Under the pieces are notes generated by a model, which worked only from the letters and a program-made list of their open reading frames with translations, made no database searches and was not told the DNA's origin. A stretch of 64,000 nucleotides of DNA from an uncultured Planctomycetaceae bacterium (GTDB lineage Bacteria; Planctomycetota; Planctomycetia; Isosphaerales; Isosphaeraceae). Positions 1 through 9,900 of this stretch are shown piece by piece (position 1 is the stretch's first letter; each line of letters opens with the position of its first letter). A program made the position numbers and the translations under genes. The stretch lies in contig CAWIAD010000002.1 in NCBI GenBank assembly GCA_963833985.1, positions 6,464,001-6,528,000 of the forward strand, in the 5' to 3' direction.

Positions 1-222
1 TTTCAGCCGAGGAGACGCGATTCGGAATTGTCCCTCGGCATCCGTCTTTGTGGTCACCTCCTCGGGCTCTCTGGTGCCAGCAAGGGGGCGGGGAATATAG
101 TAGACGACCTGGACGTCAGGTGCAGGCTTGCCCTGGTCGTCCACGACCTTGCCTTGAATCATCCCGCCCTGAAGTTGAGCGGCCAAAACTGTCGCCAGGA
201 TCGAACCGAAAAACATCGCCAT
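1..222 (-). CDS. Partial (N-terminus only) secreted protein with a carboxypeptidase-regulatory-like beta-sandwich domain; runs off the window edge
   Basis: My translation of the minus strand from ATG at 222 (GGAGG RBS at 231-235): MAMFFGSILATVLAAQLQGGMIQGKVVDDQGKPAPDVQV...TTKTDAEGQFRI. The G.VVD..GKP...TD..G.F pattern is typical of this domain. Not in the ORF track. Confidence 0.7.
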   Translation of the reverse strand, partial: MAMFFGSILATVLAAQLQGGMIQGKVVDDQGKPAPDVQVVYYIPRPLAGTREPEEVTTKTDAEGQFRIASPRLK

Positions 223-509
223 GGGGCGGGCCTCCGTCCGAGTGCAGCTCTGAAGTGTCTGGGAGAGTCCTGAGGCATTCGCTCCGCCTCATGCCGACAG
301 CTTGGCAGTTCCGATCTCTGGCTCACCCGATGCGCCTCGTTGCCGAGCCAGGGTTCGAGTGTAAAGTCTTTTTACCAGTTCTCCCGTTACGCTTTTCTGC
401 CGGGCCAAGGGCCGGGTGCAAAGTTTCAACGAGGAATCGTCTGTTGCGCACCATGGGAGCTCATCGATTGTCGTCCGGTCGGGCTTGCGCTTCGTGGCCT
501 GCGGGTGGA

Positions 510-737
510 TCAGTCTCCTACGCCGGCCAGTTCCTCGGCCGTTATCCCGATATCCCGATCGATCTTCCGCAACAGCACCGGAGAGATGTCCCGGCCCTTG
601 TGAAACGGGACCGTAGTGCCCCGTCCATCAGGATGGCGAAACTGCTTGTGCGCGCCACGCTGCCGGACATCGATGAATCCCAGGGTCTGGAGCCGGGAAA
701 CCACCTCCAGTGGCCTCAGCACGGGCAGCTTCGGCAT
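510..737 (-). CDS. hicA: HicA family toxin (type II toxin-antitoxin mRNA interferase)
   Basis: 75 aa; LGF..VRQRGAH..F.HPDGR.TTVP.H motif of HicA/YcfA. Confidence 0.92.
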   Translation of the reverse strand: MPKLPVLRPLEVVSRLQTLGFIDVRQRGAHKQFRHPDGRGTTVPFHKGRDISPVLLRKIDRDIGITAEELAGVGD

Positions 738-739
738 GT

Positions 740-949
740 TCAGGCCACCTGCACCGTCTGCGTGCCGACAAACAGTGACTCCAGCTTGGGTTCACCGTCC
801 TCCAGCAACATCTCGATCACCTCAGCAAGGTTGCGGTTCAGCTCATCGAGGGTCTCACCCTGGGAGTGGGCCCCGGGAAATCCAGGCACGTAGCCGACGA
901 ATAGGCCTGTTTCCGGGCAACTCTCAATGACAGCAGTAAATGTCCGCAT
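740..949 (-). CDS. hicB: HicB family antitoxin (short form, no C-terminal DNA-binding domain)
   Basis: 69 aa; YVPGFPGAHSQGETLDELNRNLAEVIEM motif; GGAGG RBS upstream; 2 nt from hicA. Confidence 0.92.
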   Translation of the reverse strand: MRTFTAVIESCPETGLFVGYVPGFPGAHSQGETLDELNRNLAEVIEMLLEDGEPKLESLFVGTQTVQVA

Positions 950-1548
950 GCGTACCTCCGTTGCACATCACCCTCGAGGTTTGACCAGGACAACCCGTTG
1001 TCCCGATCGCAAAACGACGAGGACCTGAGCTCTTGTCGCCTGCACCTGTCCGGATCAGTTCTCGTCCAGCCTTTTCATCGGGGATTTGACGTAAGTTGTA
1101 GTTCGACGTACGAAATTATGTCGTTCCATTTGACATATTGACGCTTTCACATCGGAATGACTTAAGACAGCCCTTTCCGCCATGGTCAAAGGTTTACACG
1201 TGAAACGAACTTTGCCCTTGAGCATACCGCGCCAAGCGACCCGCTGCACCACTCTCGAACCCTTCATAGCGCACCTTGGCTTTGACTCATCGCGACGGAT
1301 GGCGCGAGGCTGGGTTTGGCATTCTCAGCCGTGCGAATTTCATCGCGCTGGAGTATCAGCCGGACTGTAAGCGTCGCCACACTACAGGAACGTGAAAGGG
1401 ACCCTCACGGATTTCGGCGGCCCATGACAGGCAAAACTCAAGCCGCTCGTTGCTCCCGAGCGAGTGCATGAACCAGGAGCGCGCGTAGCCCCTGGCGGTC
1501 CTTTACGGCCGCGCCGGTGCGGGTCAAGTAAGAGCACTGTATCGATAG

Positions 1549-3058
1549 TTCTACTGTATCCTGGGGTTGACGAACTGTAAGGTTTTTTCTGATATTCGCT
1601 TCCGTCAAGGATGTTACAAGGAAGCGAGGGCGTCATGGATCGACGATACGAAGCACGGTTGGCTGACATGCTGGCACAATCGCAGGTGTCGCCTGACTTG
1701 ATCGATGGTCTGCTGGAACGGTTGGACGTCTTCATCGAGCCGTTCGCTGCGACCCTGAGCGAACCTGAACAACATCGACATGCAACCGAGTACGTTACCG
1801 GTCTGCTGTCGAAGCTTGAGCACAAGACCGGCGAGGGAATCGCTTATCTCCACGATCAAGAACGACAAGGAATCCAAAAGTTCATCGGGCACGTGCCATG
1901 GGATCATCAACCCCTGCTCACGATCCTGGCGCAGCAGGTCGGCGAGCAACTGGGCGAGAAGGATGGGGTGATTATCTTCGACCCTTCGGGCTTCCCCAAG
2001 AAAGGGACTATGTCGGTGGGCGTCGCGCGGCAGTGGTGCGGCCGGCTGGGGAAGGTTGAGAACTGTCAGGTTGGCGTCTACATGGCTTATGCGTCTAGAA
2101 AAGAGCATACGATTACCAATGTAAGGCTTTACTTGCCCAAGGAATGGGCCAAGGATCGCGACCGCCGGAACAAGGCTGGCGTCCCCAAGTCCATCAAGTT
2201 CCAGACGCGCCATCAATTGGCCCTGGCGATGCTGGATGAGCAAGGTGGGTTGCTGCCACACGCGTGGGTGGCGGGGGACGATGAAATGGGCCGTCCCGCG
2301 AGTTTTCGCCAGGCGTTGAGGGAGCGGGGGGAGCAGTATCTGTTGGCGGTTCCGTCGAACACGACGATCCGCGATCTGGAGGCACCGCCACCGGAATATG
2401 GGGGGCGGGGTCAACCCCCCAAGGCTCCTTTCATGCGTGTGGATCATTGGCGTGCGGCCCTGCCGGAATCGGCGTGGACGAGGCTCGACGTCCGTGATGG
2501 CGAGAAGGGACCTTTGGTGGTCGACGCGATCAAGCGGCGCGTCCAATCTCGAGGACCGGGCAATCGTGCAGGTTTCGAGGAGGTCCTCTTCATCACGCGT
2601 GAGCAACAGGCCGATGGAACTGTTAAACATGATTATTATTTATCAAATAGTAAAGCCGAAACTCCGTTGATCGAATTTGGCCGGGTGGCCAAACTGGCGC
2701 ATCGGATCGAGGAGTGCCTGGAGCGGGGCAAAGGGGAGGCGGGCCTGGCCGATTACCAGGTGCGGAACTGGATCGCCTGGCATCACCATCAAACCTTGTC
2801 GCTCGTGGCCGCGTGGTTCCTGAATCAGGAGACGCGGCGGGGAAAAAATACAGACACCGGCATTGACGTCACCGCGGTTGCGGCAACTGATCGCAGGGAT
2901 CATCGAGGAACGTCTCAACGTCAACAGCCCCGAGAAGCTCTCCCGGTGCACCACACGTTGGTTGGAACGCAACGAGCTCGCCCGATTCTTCCAGCATTAC
3001 TCACGCAAACTCTTACCCCCTTTGAAGAACCAACTACGAACGTAGAGATACAGTAGAA
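1549..3058 (+). mobile_element. Complete IS701-family insertion sequence, 1510 bp
   Basis: Perfect 12-bp terminal inverted repeats TTCTACTGTATC (1549-1560) and GATACAGTAGAA (3047-3058); 4-bp ATAG target duplication at 1545-1548 and 3059-3062; encloses a DDE transposase. Confidence 0.95.
1611..3056 (+). CDS. IS701-family DDE transposase (start may be ATG 1636 region); probable true C-terminus is in the +1 frame (to 3045)
   Basis: D.SGFPKKG..SVGVARQWCGRLGKVENCQVGV, WVAGDDEMG, IEECLERGKGEAGLADYQVRNW..WHHH motifs. Confidence 0.93.
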   Translation: MLQGSEGVMDRRYEARLADMLAQSQVSPDLIDGLLERLDVFIEPFAATLSEPEQHRHATEYVTGLLSKLEHKTGEGIAYLHDQERQGIQKFIGHVPWDHQPLLTILAQQVGEQLGEKDGVIIFDPSGFPKKGTMSVGVARQWCGRLGKVENCQVGVYMAYASRKEHTITNVRLYLPKEWAKDRDRRNKAGVPKSIKFQTRHQLALAMLDEQGGLLPHAWVAGDDEMGRPASFRQALRERGEQYLLAVPSNTTIRDLEAPPPEYGGRGQPPKAPFMRVDHWRAALPESAWTRLDVRDGEKGPLVVDAIKRRVQSRGPGNRAGFEEVLFITREQQADGTVKHDYYLSNSKAETPLIEFGRVAKLAHRIEECLERGKGEAGLADYQVRNWIAWHHHQTLSLVAAWFLNQETRRGKNTDTGIDVTAVAATDRRDHRGTSQRQQPREALPVHHTLVGTQRARPILPALLTQTLTPFEEPTTNVEIQ

Positions 3059-3065
3059 ATAGAAA

Positions 3066-3101
3066 CGACCGATGCCGCACCGTGAGGCGTGGCACCGGTC
3101 G
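3066..3101 (-). terminator. Probable intrinsic terminator of the aldo/keto reductase gene
   Basis: Imperfect hairpin CGACCGATGCC...GGCACCGGTCG followed on the minus strand by TTTCTAT, just downstream of the stop at 3129. Confidence 0.55.
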
Positions 3102-3128
3102 CATCTGGAGACGATTCATGGATCGGCA

Positions 3129-4343
3129 TCAGCCCAGCAGACGATCGACTTCCGGGAGCAGCTCAGCGAAGTTGAGCTTGTTGGGGCAGGCTGCGCGAGC
3201 GGCATCGAGATCGGCCTCGCGCCAGTTCTTCTCCTCCTCGGTGAGTTCGGCGTAGCCTTCGCGGGCCTGCTGGCGCGAGCCGTGGTGCTCGTGGTAGGTG
3301 AGGAAGCGGGCCAGGTCGCCAAGGCGTGCGTCGGTGCCGGCAGCGCGGCTGCACCGGCCGTCGCAATCAGCGCACATCATCGGCCCGGCGGACACGATCG
3401 AATCGTGCAGGGCGCGGATGTCGGCCTCCTTGAGCGGCTCGAAGCGGCGTGCGGCGTCGGTGTTCTGGTTCACCTGGTCGGTGTTCATCATGGTGACGCA
3501 GGTGGCGGAGATGCGCGGGTCCGACCAGATGGCCGTGAGCAAGCCCTGGTAGGGGTTCAGCCCACGCTCCAGCAGCGCCGGAACGTTGTCCTTGACCTTG
3601 GTGTGGCCGGCCATCTGCTTCATGGAGACCAGGCCGATGCCCTTGGCGTGGGCGGCGTCGAGGGCGCGGTTGACCGGGTCGTCCTTCGCCAGGAAGGGAC
3701 TGAAGGCGAGCATGATCACGTCGATGAAGCCCCCGTCGGCGGCGTTCTGGATCTGCTGGGCCTTGAGGCGGTCATGCGTGGAGAAGCCGACGAAGCGCAC
3801 CTTGCCGGTCTTCTTGATGGCCTCGACGGCTTCCTTCATCTCCTTGCTCTTGGGCCAGTCCACCTGGTTGCTGGAGAGGCCGTGGAAGAAGAGCAGGTCG
3901 ATATAATCGGTGCCCAGCGCGGCCAGCCGCTGATCCACCTGCTTGACCATGTCGCCGGGGCGCCGGACGCCATTTTTGGTGGCCAGGAAGATCTGCTTGC
4001 GCACCTCGGGCATGGCCGTGAACCACTTCTTGAACGCGGGCTCGGTGCGGTACGCCGCGGCCGTGTCGAAGTAGCGCACGCCCTTCATGAACGAGTAGCG
4101 GAGCAGCCGGTCGAGGGCGTCGGGCTGGCGGACGGTTCCCTGGTTGACGAGGGTCACCTCCGCGCCGGTCTTGCCCAGCACGCGGCGCGGCAAGTCCGTG
4201 GTTTTCTTCGCGGCGTCGTCCTTCGCGCCAGCCACCTGAGCGGCGGAAGCTCCCGCGGCCAGCGAGGTGGCGGCCGCCGTCGCGGCCGCGCCGGCCTGGA
4301 TGAAATCACGGCGATGCATCGGGTTGGTACCATTCTCAGACAT
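3129..4343 (-). CDS. Aldo/keto reductase with Tat signal and C-terminal Cys (Fe-S-like) domain, copy 1
   Basis: HRRDFIQ twin-arginine motif; RRVLGKTG, YFDTAAAY, IFLATK, LGTDYIDL, GKVRFVGFSTH; C-terminal CADCDGRC...ACP. Confidence 0.9.
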   Translation of the reverse strand: MSENGTNPMHRRDFIQAGAAATAAATSLAAGASAAQVAGAKDDAAKKTTDLPRRVLGKTGAEVTLVNQGTVRQPDALDRLLRYSFMKGVRYFDTAAAYRTEPAFKKWFTAMPEVRKQIFLATKNGVRRPGDMVKQVDQRLAALGTDYIDLLFFHGLSSNQVDWPKSKEMKEAVEAIKKTGKVRFVGFSTHDRLKAQQIQNAADGGFIDVIMLAFSPFLAKDDPVNRALDAAHAKGIGLVSMKQMAGHTKVKDNVPALLERGLNPYQGLLTAIWSDPRISATCVTMMNTDQVNQNTDAARRFEPLKEADIRALHDSIVSAGPMMCADCDGRCSRAAGTDARLGDLARFLTYHEHHGSRQQAREGYAELTEEEKNWREADLDAARAACPNKLNFAELLPEVDRLLG

Positions 4344-4536
4344 CGATCCGTTCTCCGAAGAAAGTGAAGCGGGAGAGGCGCAGGGCGGAAGCGGGTACGA
4401 CTCGTACAGGTGAACGTCACGGACAGGTGAGATGGAGCGGGTCCGGCACGGCCCAGGCGTGATGAACCGCCGTGCCGGAAGCCGCGTTATACCGATGAAA
4501 TAGCGTTAACGAAAAGGGCATGAGGCTTGCGACAGA

Positions 4537-4665
4537 CTTGTTCCCACGCTCTGCGTGGGAACACCGGTCGGGACGCTCTGCGTTCCTTGGATTCCCAGCC
4601 TCAGCACGGGCCCAGTCGACGCGGAGCGTCGCAGACGGCATTCCCACGCGGAGCGTGGGAACGAG
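4537..4665. repeat. REP/REPIN-type palindromic repeat
   Basis: CTTGTTCCCACGCTCTGCGTGGGAA ... GACGCTCTGCGT ... GACGCGGAGCGTC ... TTCCCACGCGGAGCGTGGGAACGAG nested inverted repeats. Confidence 0.8.
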
Positions 4666-4716
4666 GGACAAACGTATGCCTGCACTCAACTTATCGCTAT
4701 TTCAACGGTATTGGAC

Positions 4717-5930
4717 TTAGCCCAGAAGCCGGTCGACCTCGGGCAGGAGCTGGGCGAAATCGAGCTTGCTGTGGCAAGCTTCACGGGCGGCGTCGAGATC
4801 GGCGTCGCGCCAGTTCCGTTCCTCTTCCGTGAGCGCGGCGTACTCCTCGCGGGCCTGGCGGCGTGCGCCATGGTGCTCGTGATACGTGAGGAAGCGGGCC
4901 AGGTCGCCCAGACGGGCGTTCGTGCCGGCGGCTTCGCTGCACCGGCCGTCACAGTTGGCGCACATCATGGGCCCGGCGGCCACAACGGCCTCGTGCAGGG
5001 CGCGCAGGTCGGCCTCCTTGAGCGGCTCGAAGCGGCGTGCGGCCTCGGTGTTCTGGTTGATCTGGTCGGTGTTGGTCATGGTGACGCAGGTGGCGGAGAT
5101 GCGCGGGTCCGACCAGATGGCGGTGAGCAGCCCTTGATGCGTGTTCAGCCCGCGCTCCAGCAGCGCCGGGACGTTGTTCCGCACCTTGGTGTGGCCGGCC
5201 ATCTGCTTCATGGAGACCAGGCCGATGCCCTTGGCGTGGGCGGCGTCGAGGGCGCGGTTGACCGGGTCGTCCTTCTTGAGGAACGGATCGAAGGCCAGCA
5301 TGATGACGTCGACAAAGCCCCCCTCGGCGGCGTTCTGGATCTGCTGGGCCTTGAGGCGGTCATGCGTGGAGAAACCGACGAAGCGCACCTTGCCAGTCTT
5401 CTTGACGGCCTCCATCGCTTCTTTCATTTCCTTGCTCTTGGGCCAGTCGACCTGCCGGCTCTCCAGGCCGTGGAAGAAGAGCAGGTCGATGTAGTCCGTG
5501 CCCAGGGCCGCGAGCCGCTTGTCCACCTGGTTGACCATCTGGCCGGGGGTTCTCACATGGTCCTTGGTGGCCAGGAATATCTGCTTGCGGACTTCTGGCT
5601 GGGCGGCGAACCAGGCCTTGAACCGATCCTCGGTGCGATAGCCGGCGGCCGTATCGTAGTAGCGCACGCCGCGGAGGAACGAGTAACGCAGCAGGCGATC
5701 GAGCGAATCGGGGGCGCGCCAGGTGCCCGCATTGACGATCGTCACCTCGACACCCGTGTTGCCCAGAACGCGCCGGGGCAGATCAGCGGCTTTCTTCGCG
5801 GCTGGAGCTTGCGCACGGCCGCCTGCGCCGCGGTAGCTCCCGCGGCCAGCGAGCTGGCGGCAGCCGTCGCAACCGCGCCGGCCTGGATGAAATCACGGCG
5901 ATGCATCGGGTTGGTACCATTCTCAGACAT
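4717..5930 (-). CDS. Aldo/keto reductase with Tat signal, copy 2; 1-nt frameshift near 5815
   Basis: Same N-terminus MSENGTNPMHRRDFIQAG at 5930; body in ORF 4717..5745 closely matches copy 1; 1214 bp versus 1215 bp for copy 1. Confidence 0.88.
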
Positions 5931-6192
5931 CGATCCGTTCTCCGGGGTTCTGAACGACACGTGCAGACTTTCCCACACAGTGAGAAAGCGATCTTCTCCG
6001 GTTCCTGGTCCCCTCTTTTTCGATCGCAAGATGTTCCTGCCACGGTAACATGGATACACATTCGCCGTTTCTGGTCTGTACGTCAAGACGGCGAGGATCG
6101 CATGGATCGGGCGGGGGCACAGGCCGGCGCGGTCGGATCCTGGCCGGGTCAGGCTGCGCCTTCGTCCATCAATCCATCACGCGAGGTGTACG

Positions 6193-6672
6193 GTGCTGCT
6201 CGCCGACGTCATCTTTCCCGCGCCCTCCGCGGCGTACCTGGCGAACCTGTTTTTTCCCATCTCGGCGGTCCTCGCGCTGGCCGCCGAATATGCCGTGTTT
6301 GCCTGGTTCCAGCGCGGGGTGATCGCACGGTGGCGCCTGCCTGGCGTCGTCGTGGGCGTGAACCTGTTTTCCTGGATCGTCGGGATCTTGCTCTCGTTCT
6401 GCCTGCCCACCGGACTGGTCCCGAAGCTCGCCAGCGTGGGAGATCACGACATCGAGATCCTCACTCAGGGCCCGCATTATGGGCTCATGGCCCTGCTCAG
6501 CTTCGTGGGGGCGTGCCTGTTGAGCTTCGCACTCGAGTACGCACTGCTGAGGCTGCTGCGGAGCCGGCTGCCGTTCCGCAGGCTCATGCTCTGCACACTG
6601 GTGGCGAACCTTGCGAGCTATCTGGTCATCATTGCCGTGGTGGGCATCCACCTCCACTTCGATCTGTTGTAA
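6193..6672 (+). CDS. Hypothetical membrane protein (about 4 TM helices)
   Basis: 159 aa with several hydrophobic segments; GAGG RBS upstream; repeated E..l / N..S pattern. Confidence 0.65.
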   Translation: MLLADVIFPAPSAAYLANLFFPISAVLALAAEYAVFAWFQRGVIARWRLPGVVVGVNLFSWIVGILLSFCLPTGLVPKLASVGDHDIEILTQGPHYGLMALLSFVGACLLSFALEYALLRLLRSRLPFRRLMLCTLVANLASYLVIIAVVGIHLHFDLL

Positions 6673-6773
6673 ATAGCTCCACGTAAGAGGGAAAGTGTGG
6701 AACGGCCGCCCTCGGCCGTCCTGAGCCAGCCGAAGGCGGCTGGCCCACATTCCAAGAGGCGAGGATCTATTTA
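6670..6773. repeat. MITE-like element: 11-bp terminal IR enclosing a REP-like doublet
   Basis: TAAATAGCTCC (6670-6680) versus GGATCTATTTA (6763-6773), 10/11 match; internal GTGGAACGGCCGCCCTCGGCCG...CAGCCGAAGGCGGCTGGCCCACAT. Confidence 0.55.
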
Positions 6774-6900
6774 GGGCGGTCTGGCGATGCCGTCGCTTGT
6801 TTCTGAGCCGCAGCGCGGCGACATGATCGATCGGCCCTGCGACGCGTGAGAACCTGGGGCTCACGCCCAGGACGCTGCCCGGTGTCAGGCCGAAGGAGTG

Positions 6901-9900
6901 CTAGCGCGTGAATCGAGCGAGCAGTGGCTGGAAGCCTGGACGCGAACGGATGGCTTCCAGGTCCGGGTCGTTCCTGGCGGCCGGAGCGGGAAAGCCCCCT
7001 CGCAGAGCCAGCTCCAGCATGTCGAGCGCCCGGTCGCCCACGCGCGAGTCGCCGGCCGATCCGGCGTAGAGTGCCAGGGCGCAGGCAGCGTTGTAGAGGC
7101 GACGGGCTGTGGGTGCCTGTACCAGCGAGTCCACGTCGTCCAGGACCGAACGATTGCCCAGGCGGCCGCGGACCAGGGCGCGGAGCTGGAGAGCGTCGAT
7201 CAGGTTGGGGTCCGAGTGGAGCGCGGCGTCGAGGTGCGCGAGGGCCGCGCCCGGCTCGCCCGAGCGGACCAAACGCGCGATACCGTAATGGGCCAGGGCG
7301 TTGCGTGGATCCTTTTGCAGGACCGCAGTGAAATCCTGGTGTGCCGCCGCCGGGTCGCGCGGCACGCGGCTCATGCCGCGCGCGACGAGAACCACCGGGT
7401 CATCCGGAGACGTCTCCAGGAACTCGCGGAACATCGCCTCGGCCTCGTCGTGCCGGCCGAGACGGGCCAGGCTTTCTCCGAGTGCGGCCAGGACCGCCGG
7501 CTCGCGCCGGCCCCGGGTCACCGCGGCTCTCAGGTCCACCAGCGCGTCGGCTGTCCGGTCAAGCTCCAGCTCCACCAGTGCGCGGTCCACGCGCGCCTCG
7601 ATCAGATCGGAATCGAGTTCGATCGCCCGGTCGTAGGAGAGCTTCGCGTCGAGCAGCCGCCCGGCCCGTGCCAGGGCGAGCGCCCGGTTGAAATGGCACC
7701 AGCCATATTCCGGCCCGCGCGCCACGCAGGCGCTGAAATCGCCGGCGGCCTCGAGGTAACGTCCCTGTTCAAAGTGGCAATGTCCCATCACGAACCAGGC
7801 CCACAGCGACGTGGTATCTCTGGCGATGGCCGCGCGCAGAGCGGACTCGGCGCCGGCAAGGTCGCCGCTGGCCAGGAGCGAGCTGCCCAGCATGGTCAGG
7901 TCGCGGCAGTCGGTCGGAGCAATCCGGGAGGCGCGGTCGCGGTCGCGGCGCGCCAGCTCGGTCTCGCCCCGTGCGGCGTGGTAGCCGGCGCGGTCGGCGA
8001 AGAGCGCGGAGGGAGGCTCGCGGTCGAGCCGCTCGGCCAGCTCCAGCAGGGCGATTGCGTGGTCCAGCGCATTGCGACGTGCCGTGCTCGAGCCGTCACG
8101 AGCCGACAGTACGACCCCTCCGCGCGCCTCGAGGATCAGGAGCTCCACCGTCTGCCGCCAGAGCCTCTGGGCCTCCGGCGGCCTGAGCCGGCGCACCCAT
8201 TCCGGGGGCGTCCCCGCGCTGGCGTGGCTATCGGGACCTTGCGGCAATGCGGGTGGCGCGTCGCCGCGGATTCCCAGGTCCTCCAGCAGCCCGGCTGCAC
8301 GCTCCATTCCCCGTTGCAGCAGCCCTGGATCGCGGCTCGATGCTCCCAGCAGGAACTGGCTGTCGATGAAGCCGCGGTCGAACGCCTGGAGCTTCATGCG
8401 AGCGGCCAGGTCAAGCATGCCGTCGTACACGAGTGCGACCGACGCGGTGAGGATTCCCAGGAGCACGAGTGAGACAATCGCGATCGAGGTGGATCCGCAA
8501 AGGCCGGGATGCCGCCGCGTCCATTTCCCCAGCCGTTCACGCAGGCTCGGTTCCGGGCAGTGCTTCATGGGCAGATGGTCGAGGAACCGCCTCAGGTCCT
8601 CGCCGAGGTCGCGTGCGGCCTGGTAGCGGTGGTCCGGTTCGGGATCGAGACACTGGCAGACCAGCGCGTCAATACTCCAGGGCACCTCCGGGCAGCGGGC
8701 CCGCAGCGAGGGCGCGGGCCGGCTGCGCTCGGCGATCATGGCGCGGATGGTCGCCACGGTGTGCAGGTCGGATGGCGGATCGGGGAACGGATGACTGCCG
8801 CTGATCATCTCGAAGAGGATGATTCCCAGGGCGTACAGGTCGGAACGCTCGTCGACCGCGTCGGCCGACGTCAATCCCTCGGGGTCGATCGCGTCGAGAT
8901 GCTCGGGAGCCATGTACGGGAGCGTTCCGCCAAGCAGGGCGCGGGCGACGATGGGCCCGGCTGCCCCAGCCGCGGTCTCCAGAACGGTGCCGGCGGCATC
9001 GGGGGCCGGCGGGGCCGCCTCGGCCGCAGCCGCCAGGTTGAAGTCCAGCAGCATGGGCGTGCCGTCGGCGGCGATGAGGATGTTGGCCGGCTTCAGGTCG
9101 CGGTGCAGCAGCCCGCGCGAGTGAGCATGATCGAGCCCCTCGGCCAGCCTGGCGACGATCCAGACCGCGGCCTCGATGCCGCTGGCGCCGCGGAGGAACT
9201 GGCGCGAGGGCTGGCCATCGTCGGCCTGGTCACCGGCCATACTATCAACCGCGCTGCCCGGGCGAACCAGCCGATTCATCAGCCCACGCAGCCGGCCTGC
9301 GTGGGCTTGCGGCGGGTCCGCCGCAGCATTCGGGAGCGGCTTGACGGTCTCGATCGCGGCAGACTGGGGCTGGCCTGGCGCGGCCGGTGCCGGCAACGAT
9401 CGTGCACGGGTCCGGGAGCGGATCTCGGCGTGCGTCCGGAGCCGGGTTCGGGAGGGCAACCTTGACCGCTGCGATCCTCCTCCTGACAGGCCGAGCGCCT
9501 GGGAGACGTCCTGGCCGGCAGCCACGGGCAGCCGCTGGCTGAACTGGTCGAGCGCTTCCACCAGGCTGCGGCCGGTGGCCTGGGTATGCGTCAGCCCCCA
9601 GGCTTCCTGGAGCAACTGTGCGAGGTTGGCACCGCCGAAGAAGGGCATGCAGAGGAGCCGAAGGCCCGTCGCCGGCTCATCCAGAACCGAGTGGACCGGA
9701 ACAATGTGCGCGTGTTGAAGCCGTGCGAGGACGCGGGGTTCGTCACCCTCGGCGCGCGAGACCTTGAGCGCGACCAGTCGGCGGCCCAGGTTCACCTCCT
9801 CGGCCAGGTAAACCCGGGCGAAGGCCCCGCGGCCCAGTTCCAGAAGCAGCCGGAAGCCGCCGATGTCGCTCCCCACGCGCGGCCAGCCTGGCCCGGCCGC

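Noticed and set aside
1355..1500. Cobalamin or c-di-GMP riboswitch, or 6S RNA
   Set aside because: Only isolated words match (ACTGTAA, GGCAAA, GGAGC..GTAG); order and spacing do not fit the consensus models.
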